DNA of 64,000 bases from an uncultured Planctomycetota bacterium. GTDB lineage: Bacteria > Planctomycetota > Planctomycetia > Gemmatales > Gemmataceae. The notes under the pieces were generated by a model. It was not told the DNA's origin and did no database searches. It saw only the letters and a program-made list of their open reading frames with translations. The stretch covers positions 192,001-256,000 of the forward strand of contig CAWKHF010000005.1 of NCBI GenBank assembly GCA_963849325.1, in the 5' to 3' direction. Made by a program: the position numbers and the translations under genes. This document shows positions 55,963 through 64,000 of the stretch, one piece after another. How positions within the stretch are numbered: the first letter of the stretch is position 1; every line of letters begins with the position of its first letter.

Positions 55963-56150
55963 GTGGTTGAGATCGGTCCAAACATTTTATCACAGGGCCG
56001 CTCGGCGGGATACGGTGCAAGCGTTCATGTGATGGCGGACGTCGGTCTTCACCGGCGCGGACGCCTTCGAGTCGCTTCTCCCCTTGTCTGCGGAGGCTCG
56101 AATCCGGTCGCTGCTTGACGAAATAACCCCCTTGGGTGTAGTATTTGGTC

Positions 56151-56678
56151 ATGGGGCTCTTCAGGCACGCCGTCTATACCGGGACCATCTGGCTGACAGC
56201 GGTCATGACGTTGATCGCCGGCGCCCCTCATTTTGATTGCCGCTGCGCGAACGGCCACGTCAAACCGTACTGCCTGGGTCTTGCCGCCAAAAAGGGTTGC
56301 TGTTGCGCCGGCTCGTGCTGCTCTTCGCCGCCGCGCGCGGAGGAAGAGAACGCCACGTCTCCGGATCCCTCTTCAGCCCCCGCAGGCGAGAAAAGCTGCT
56401 GCTGCCATGAGCAACGACAGTCCGACGCCGGGAGGAACCCAGCGGAGAGCACGTTCGAGAAGACGGGTTGCCAGAAGACCTTCGTGGAGGCGGCCGACGC
56501 CGTGCCTAGTGCCGCCAAGGTCGTCGTGCCGGATCTGCTAACTCCGCTGTTCCTTCTTTTCCCCGCATCCGTTTTCCCTCCTTTCGAGATCCGCCTCTAC
56601 GCTGATTCGTTTGCCTCCAATCAAGGCCTCTCCCCCCCTACGGACCTCGTCATCGTTCTTCAGCGCTTCCTCATTTAA
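56151..56678 (+). CDS. Cys-rich exported protein upstream of cusBA (putative metal binding)
   Basis: N-terminal hydrophobic segment, CRC..C..GCCCAGSCC..SCCCH..C; ends PPTDLVIVLQRFLI. Confidence 0.65.
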   Translation: MGLFRHAVYTGTIWLTAVMTLIAGAPHFDCRCANGHVKPYCLGLAAKKGCCCAGSCCSSPPRAEEENATSPDPSSAPAGEKSCCCHEQRQSDAGRNPAESTFEKTGCQKTFVEAADAVPSAAKVVVPDLLTPLFLLFPASVFPPFEIRLYADSFASNQGLSPPTDLVIVLQRFLI

Positions 56679-56769
56679 TCGGCTCCATTCTCTTTCGCCG
56701 CCAATCGTCGAACGCAACCTTCCGGCCGGCCGAGGTCCTACCTACCCGGTTCGGCCCCAGGACCATTTG

Positions 56770-56824
56770 TCGGAGCCCGCAGCGTCAGCGAGGAGAGTTT
56801 CCTCGCTGACGCTGCGGGCTCCGA
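56770..56824. repeat. REP-like hairpin family H
   Basis: tcggagcccgcagcgtcagcgagga ... tcctcgctgacgctgcgggctccga. Confidence 0.8.
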
Positions 56825-56848
56825 GAAGGCCTTGCTGGAGATGATCTC

Positions 56849-59006
56849 ATGTCCGAACGAAATGATTCTCACCGCCTTGGAGCCATCGAGAACGGAGACC
56901 TGCGGAACGACGAGGGCGGCTTGCACGCGCCGCCGGGGTTGGGGCCGCTGGGCAAGGCGTGGTGGTGGTTCCACTTCGTCATTCTGGTCAAGTTGGCCCG
57001 GCTGCGCTTCCTCGCCGTCCTCGCGGCCATCGGCGGCGTCATCGCCTACTGGGACACGCTCAACGCCTATTACGAGAAGTGGACGCGGCCTCTCTTGGGT
57101 GCCGAAACCGCCGTCAGCTCTGGCACCGAATACTGGTGTCCCATGCACCCCACCGTCGTCCGCGATCACCCGGACAAGTGCCCTATCTGCGCCATGCCGC
57201 TGTCGCAGCGCAAGAAGGGCGACAAGGACGAGGGCGAAGCGCTGCCGCCGGGAGTCCGCCAGCGCGTGCAGATCACGCCGTACAAGGTCGCCGTCGCCGG
57301 CATCGAGACGGCCGAGGTCGGCTATCGACCGCTGACCCGGGACATCGCCGCCGTCGGCTTTGTGGAGTTTGACGAGCGCAAATTGGCTCGCATCTCGGTC
57401 CGCGTCACCGGCAAGACGCGGATCGACAAGCTCTACGTCAACGTCACCGGCCAACACGTCAAGAAGGGCGAGCCGCTGGCGGAACTGTATAGCCCCGATT
57501 TGGTTGTCGCCGTGCAGAACCTGCTTGATGCGCGCCAGGACCGCAACCGCCGATTGGAGGAGATGACCCGAGAGAAGCTGCGGCGATGGGGCATCGAGGA
57601 CGATCAGATCGACCGCATCGTCAAGAGCCGGCCAGCCGATCACCCACTTAATCATCCGTTCGCCGATCCACGGCCACATCATCAAGAAATATCCGGTCGA
57701 GGGCGAGTACGTCGAGGAGGGCACCCGCCTGTACGACGTGGCCGACCTGTCCACCGTGTGGATCGAGGCGCAGGTCTACGAGGACGAGCTGGCCTTCCTC
57801 AAGCTGGACCTACCCGTCGCCGCCACGACCAAGTCCTTCCCCAACCGCGAATTCAAAGGCAAGATCGCCTTCATCCACCCGCACCTGGACGCGGCAACGC
57901 GGACGCTGAAGGTGCGCTTCGACATGGACAATCCGGAACACGAACTGCGTCCGGGTATGTACGCCACCGTTCGCTTCCAGTCGTCCATCGCTCGCCTGGC
58001 GATGCTGCGCGAGCAGCGCCAACGGATGTGGAGTGAGCAGACGGCGTCGGAGCTGACGATGGCGGCGCTGTGGTCTCCGGGACTGCCGGCGGCGGGCGGC
58101 GGTCTGGCCTCGTTGCTGACAGCGGCGACGCGCGAAGCCATCGCCGAGCGCGACCTGGTGCTGGCCGTGCCCGAGTCAGCGGTGATCGACACCGGCAGCC
58201 GGCAGTTCGTCTACCGCGAGGCCGAGCCGGACGTTTACGACCAACTGGAAGTACAGCTGGGGCCGCGCAGCGGCGCGTTCTATCCCGTGATGGGCGGCCT
58301 GCGGCCCGGCGACCGCGTGGCGACGACCGGCTCGTTCCTCATCGACGCCGAGACGCGACTGACCGCCGGGGCCGCCTCCACCTACTTCGGCGCCAGCGGT
58401 GGGCCGCAGAGCGATCACCACGCCTCCACGACTGCCGCCCGCCCGTCGATGACGCGCGACGAGGACGCCAAGTATCAGGCGATGCTGGCCAAGCTCGGCC
58501 CGGAAGATCGGCCGCTCGTCGAGTCGCAGGGATATTGCCCGGTGCTGGGCAACCGGCTCGGCTCGATGGGTCCGCCGGTGCCGGTCGTGCTCCAGGGGCA
58601 AAAGGTCTTCCTGTGCTGCAAATTGTGCGTCAAGAAGGCGAAGGCCAACGCGAAAAAGACACTCGCCAAGGCGGCGGACCTGACGGCTCGGGCCAAGACC
58701 GGCGCGCCACGTCCCGCCCCAAGTCCGTCGCCCGCGCCGGGTCCGGGCGGAAAGTTGGAGGCCAAGGTGAGGGCCAACCTCGCCAAGCTCAGTGCCGAAG
58801 ACCGCCGTCTCGCCGAGGAGCAGAAATACTGCCCGATTGAGCCGGACAATCTCCTCGGTTCGATGGGAGTGCCGATCATCCTCGACATCAAGGGACAGAA
58901 GGTTTTCCTCTGCTGCTCCGGCTGTAAGGACGACGCCCTGGAGAAGCCGGACCAGACGTTGGCCAAGGTGAAGGAGCTGAAGGCCAAGGCGAAGAAACAC
59001 GAATAG
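56849..59006 (+). CDS. cusB: CusB-like RND adaptor with heavy-metal-binding domain and two C-terminal YHS/TRASH-like domains (frameshifted)
   Basis: YWCPMHP..CPICAMPL, LYSPDL, ADLSTVWIEA, TRTLKVRF, LRPGMYA, FLIDAE. Confidence 0.88.
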
Positions 59007-59143
59007 GCGCGGCAGAGACGGGGGCGGCGGCCGGCTTGGCGGAGAAGCAATCGGGTCGCGCTGATGCTTCGAGTTGAGTCCGGCCGTCCGCTCCCACCCG
59101 CGGCAACCCGTCGCTGGCGCTCCGGGCTGGTTGGAGGTAAACC

Positions 59144-62100
59144 ATGATCGAAAAACTCATCGAATACTCGATCCGCAATCGCTTTCTGGTCCTGATCGTG
59201 GCGGCCGCCCTGGCGATGTTCGCCGTCTACGCGGTGCTCAACACGCCCATGGACGCCGTGCCCGACCTGAGCGAGAACCAGGTCATCGTCTTCACCGACT
59301 GGATGGGCCGCAGTCCGCGCGAGATCGAGGATCAAATAACCTATCCTCTTTCTCTGAAGTTGCAAGGATTGGCTGGCGTCAAGACGGTGCGTTCGTCCTC
59401 GGAGTTCAACTTCTCGATGATTACGCTGATCTTCGAGGACAACATCGATTTCTACTTCGCCCGCCAGCGCGTGCTGGAACGCCTCACGCTGGCGAGCACG
59501 TTCCTGCCCGAAGGGGTGGTGCCCTACCTCGCCGCCGACACCACGGCGGTCGGACAAATCTTCTGGTACACGCTGGAGGGCGGCGAACTGGAGCCGGGCC
59601 GGCGCTGGGCCTTGCAGAAGTATTACGTCGGGCCGGAGATCAATTCGGTGCCCGGCGTGGCCGAGGTCGGCACCGTCGGCGGCGCGCCGCTGGAATATCA
59701 GATCGACGTCGATCCCAACGCCCTGCGCGCCTACAACATCACGCTCGGCGAACTGTATGAAGCGGTGGCCCGCAGCAACTCGGCCGTCGGCGGCCGCGTC
59801 GTGCAGAAGAACAACGCCGAGTACCTCATCCGCGGCGTCGGCTGGATCGAGAACACACGCGACATCGAAAACACGGTCATCACGCAGCGCGGCGGGACGC
59901 CGATCTACGTCAAGAACGTTGCGGTCGTGCAGAGGGGCACGCAGTTTCGCCGCAGTGTCTTCATCAAGGGCGGCAACGAAGTGGTCGGCGCCGCCGTCAT
60001 GATGCGCCACGGTGAGAACCCGTTGGCCGTCACCAATCGCATCAAGCAAAAGATCCAGGAGCTGCAATCGGCCCTGCCGCCCGGCGTTCACATCGTCCCC
60101 GCCTACGACCGCACGCGCCTGATTCACGGGGCGATTCACAACGTCACCGAAGTGATGGGACATGAAATGCTCATCGCCAGTGTCGCCATTTTGCTTATCC
60201 TCATGCACTTCCGCAGCGTCTTCGTCATCTGCGTGACGCTGCCGTTGGCGGTGCTGTTCTCGTTCCTGATGATGTGGGTGCTGCGCGTCCTGCACATTCT
60301 CGACGTACAGGCCAACATCATGTCGCTGGCCGGCATCACCATCTCCATCGGCATTCTCGTCGATCAGGCCATCGTCATGGTCGAGAACGCCACGCATCAT
60401 CTCAAGGAGCACTTCGGCGACAAGCCGGTGCGGGGCAATAACACGGAGATCATCGTCCGTGCCTGCCGCACGGTCGGCCGGCCGATCTTCTTCTCGGTGA
60501 TGATTATCTTGATCTCTTTTATCCCCGTTTTCGCCATGAGCGGCCGCGAGGGCAAGTACTTTCACCCGATGGCCTTCACGAAAAGTTTGGCGATGGTCGG
60601 TGTCGCCCTCATCTCGGTGACGGTGGTGCCGGCCTTGATTCCGATGTTCATTCGAGGACGCATCCGCGGCGAGGAGGAAAACCCGATCGTCCGCAGTTTC
60701 ATCCACATCTACAAACCGCTTTTGACTTGGGCGCTGCCGCGACGCAACCTCGTCATGGGAATGTTCGCCGTCCTGCTGATCCTGGCCGCCGGCATGTTCC
60801 CCTTGCAGGCCGTGCTCGGCCTAGGGGCGGCGCATCACGACTGGGAGATGTGCTTTTTCGCCACCGTGGCCGTGGTGACGTTCCTGACCGTGATCTTCAT
60901 TCGCGGCTGGCACTGGCAGCTTTTGAGCTTCGCCACCCTGGTGGCGATCAGTTTGGCGGCCTATCACTTTCCGAAGATCGGCGTCGAGTTCATGCCGGCG
61001 CTCAACGAACAGACCGCGATGTACATGCCCATCACGGTGCCGCGCGCCAGCGTGACGCAGGTGGCCGACGATCTCAAAATCCAGGACGCACTGTTGCGTC
61101 AGTTTCCCGAGGTCGAGTCGGCGGTCAACAAGGCGGGCCGGGCGGACACGCCGACCGACCCGGCGCCGCTGGAAATGGTCGAGACGTTCGTGAACTTCCG
61201 GCCCGAGGAACTGTGGCCGCGGCGAGCGATGGCCTTCGACGATGCCGCCCGACAGACTCGGCTCCTTCTGGCCGCCCTGGAGCAGCGCGGCTACGTCCAG
61301 CCGGCCGCCGCCGACGAGCGCGACGCGCTCGTCAACGACGCCACGATGGGCGCCCTGACCAAGTTCGACGAAGTGATGCGCGATCTGGCCCTCGAACGCT
61401 ACCGCGCCTTCGAGCGCGAACTGATGCCGATGATGACGCGCTTCGTCGTCGAAGACACGGTGCGGCGTTTCCGCGCCGCCGACCTGCTGCGCTGGCCTGT
61501 CGGCACGAGTGAGCAAACGGAGATCGACCAGCTGGTCGAGGATTTGACGCCGCTGTACGGCGCCTGGTTGTCGCGCCATCCCGCTCTGGAGGACGTGACC
61601 GGGGTGACGCAGGCCGTCGCGCAGCGGTTGTCCGAGCGCCAGGCGTTAACGGTGACGCCTGCCAACGCCTTGGAACTGCGCGAAGCGGTGCCGCTGCGCG
61701 TCTTCGAACGCCGTCGCCGAATCGCTGGGGGTCGAGAGGAAGACGTTCGCCGGCGAGATACGGAAAGCGATGGAGAAACGCCGCCACGAATGGTGGATCG
61801 AGCGTATCCATAAAAAGATCAATTGGGAACTGTTCGACCGGGGCGTCGAGGCGTTCACCTGGTCGGCGTTGGAGGAAATTGGCAATTCCGCCAAGCAGCG
61901 CGACCTGCTCGGCGCCGCGCCACACGGCGAGGAATATGGCCGCTTCGTCGAGGAATCCAATCGCGCCCGCAACGGCAAGGAACACGACACGGACGCCCTG
62001 ACGCCCTTCATCGCCTTGCGGGAGGAGTTGGAGAAACCTTTCGCCAAGAAGCTGATTCTCTGGCAGCGCAAGGGCGGCCCCAAGGGCGACCTGGCCCAGG

Positions 62101-63428
62101 AGATGAACGACGTGGTGCAGATGCCCGGTTGGAGCAACATCTGGACCATGCCCATTCAGAATCGCGTGGACATGCTGTCCACCGGCGTGCGCACGCAAAT
62201 CGGCGTCAAGGTGTTCGGCCCCGACCTGGATACGATCAACGACGTGTGCAAGCGGGTCGAGCAGGTCATCAAGCCCATCCCCGGCGCGATGTATGTAACT
62301 GCCGAGGAGTTCATGGGCAAGGGCTATATCGAGATCAAGATAGACCGGGAAAAGGCGGCGCGCTACGGCGTGCGCGTCGGCGACATCCAGGACACCATCG
62401 AGGTGGCCCTGGGCGGCAAGGTCATCACGCAGACGGTCGAGGGCCGTGATCGCTTCCCGGTGCGCGTCCGCTATGCCCGCGATTTCCGAGAGGACGAGCA
62501 GGCCGTCAAGCGTCTGCTCGTCAGTCGCGGCAGCATGGCCCGCTCCTCCGCGATGGGTGGCGCGGATACGCACGAGGTCGCCCCGTGGCACGCCGCCGAC
62601 GGCAATGTTCCGCTGCAAATTCCCCTCGCCGAGTTGGCCGAGGTGCGCGTCGTCGAGGGGCCGGCCATGATTAAAAGCGAGAATGGGCGGTTGCGCAACT
62701 ACGTCACCCTGAACGTGCGCGGCGACCGCGACATCGTTGGTTTCGTCGAGGAGGCCCAGCGCGTCGTGGCCGAGAAGGTCCAGCTGCCGGAGGGCGTTCA
62801 TCTGGAATGGTCCGGCGAGTTCGAGCATCAGGTTCGCGCCGCCAAGACGCTGCGCATCATCCTGCCGATGGTGCTGGTGCTGATCTTCGTCATCCTGTAT
62901 CTGACGTACAAGGACTGGATGGACGCCTGTTTGATGATGCTGGCGGTGCCGGAGGCGTTGGCTGGCGGCGTCTTCTTCCAGTTCTTCTTCCCCAAGCTGA
63001 CGCACGGCTGGTCCAGTCCGCCCGAGCCGTTCACCTTGGCGATGTGGGTCGGCTACATCGCCGCCTTCGGCATGGCCACCGAGACCGGCATCATCATGCT
63101 CGTTTATCTCCGCGAGGCCATCGACAAGCGCGGCGGCCTGGAGAAGATCGAGTCGCTGGAGGAGCTGCGTCAGGCGGTGATCGAGGGGGCGGTGCATCGA
63201 CTGCGGCCAAAGTTGTTGACCGAGGGCGTGGCCATCGTCGCCATCGCGCCGATGCTCTTTTCCACCGGCGTCGGCAGCGAGATCATCTCGGCGATGGCCC
63301 TGCCGGTGCTGGGCGGTTTGCTCATCGCCGATGAGGTGGTCGATGTGTTTCTGCCGGTGCGTTTCTACTGGGTGCGGCGGGCGCGCTGGCTGAAGATCCA
63401 CCAGCAGCGCTCCGAGCCTGAAGCGTAA
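59144..63428 (+). CDS. cusA: CusA-family heavy-metal RND permease with large insertion (frameshifted)
   Basis: DAVPDLSENQVIVFT, NIMSLAG, YMP, DPAPLEMVET, IQNRVDMLSTG, MIKSENG, FGMATETG, RLRPKL. Confidence 0.93.
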
Positions 63429-63493
63429 GCGAAGAGAACGACAACCGAAGGTTGCCGCGCTCTTCGCTTACGCTTCAGGCTCGGAAAGAAGCG

Positions 63494-64000
63494 TCAGCGC
63501 GCTCCGATCCCCATCCCGGTGGGATAGCCGGGTTGTCCAGGACCAGGCCGTTCCGCCGGCATGGGGATGGGCGTTGTCGCGGGCGTTCCGGTGAGGGAGC
63601 GTTGCAGCGCGGTTCGACGGCGGAAGAACTCGGCCGTGGCCTGGTAATAACGATCTTGCAAGTTCACCAGGTTGCGCTGCACCTCGATCAGAGTCGAGAG
63701 CGGGATGTTCCCGTTCACATAGGCCGGTTGCGCCGCCTTCACGTTCTGCCGGGCCGCGGGCAATACATCCTTCTCCAGTAGCCGAATGGTCCGCAAGCTC
63801 TCGCGCCACTGTTCGTAAGCTTGCTGCACCTCAAAGCCGGCTTGGCTGGTCTGGCGAGCATACTGCGCCTGGAGTTCCGCAAGCCGAGACTCGGCCTCGA
63901 CGACGGCACCGTGGCGCTTCCCCAGGCGAACCGGCAGGTTGACGCGCATGGCGAGCTGCGCCCGCTGCAACGGGTTGTCCCAGAAGGAATCGTAGGCCGC
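63494..64000 (-). CDS. TolC/CusC-family outer membrane protein, 3' part
   Basis: VNLPV, EVQQAYEQ, VLPAARQNVKAAQPAYVNG..LIEVQRNL. Confidence 0.85.
   Translation of the reverse strand, partial: AAYDSFWDNPLQRAQLAMRVNLPVRLGKRHGAVVEAESRLAELQAQYARQTSQAGFEVQQAYEQWRESLRTIRLLEKDVLPAARQNVKAAQPAYVNGNIPLSTLIEVQRNLVNLQDRYYQATAEFFRRRTALQRSLTGTPATTPIPMPAERPGPGQPGYPTGMGIGAR

Noticed and set aside
52374-63428. Magnetosome gene island
   Set aside because: Only the MamK-like actin is present; neighbours are a HEAT protein, a tRNA and Cus efflux

Overview
High-GC bacterial chromosome segment with a Planctomycetota (Gemmataceae-like) gene complement: DUF1501 x2, DUF1552/DUF1592, DUF4058, TIGR03000, an extended ECF sigma factor and an ECF + zinc-finger Ser/Thr kinase module. 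Housekeeping genes are miaA, dnaE, comM, ileS, glmS, tRNA-Phe(GAA) and tRNA-Gln(TTG); other genes are a fused nirB-nirD nitrite reductase and a CusBA/TolC copper-type RND system. Many genes, including essential ones, are broken by single-base frameshifts that are most likely long-read errors, so gene spans are stitched across frames. Family calls come from recalled motifs, not database searches. Highlights: (1) a ~4.65 kb insertion splitting the DUF1592-DUF1552 pair, carrying a ~1400-aa NACHT/STAND NTPase with a C-terminal PD-(D/E)XK nuclease, a VapB-like antitoxin and a PIN toxin cut off at a short boundary direct repeat (candidate anti-phage system); (2) a MamK-like actin coupled to a membrane protein with no magnetosome genes nearby; (3) an orphan ~870-aa vWA protein; (4) a HEPN gene paired with a non-MNT partner; (5) many palindromic repeats, including ~100-bp MITEs with TWA target duplications that carry different REP-like hairpins, and one hairpin translated in-frame inside miaA.
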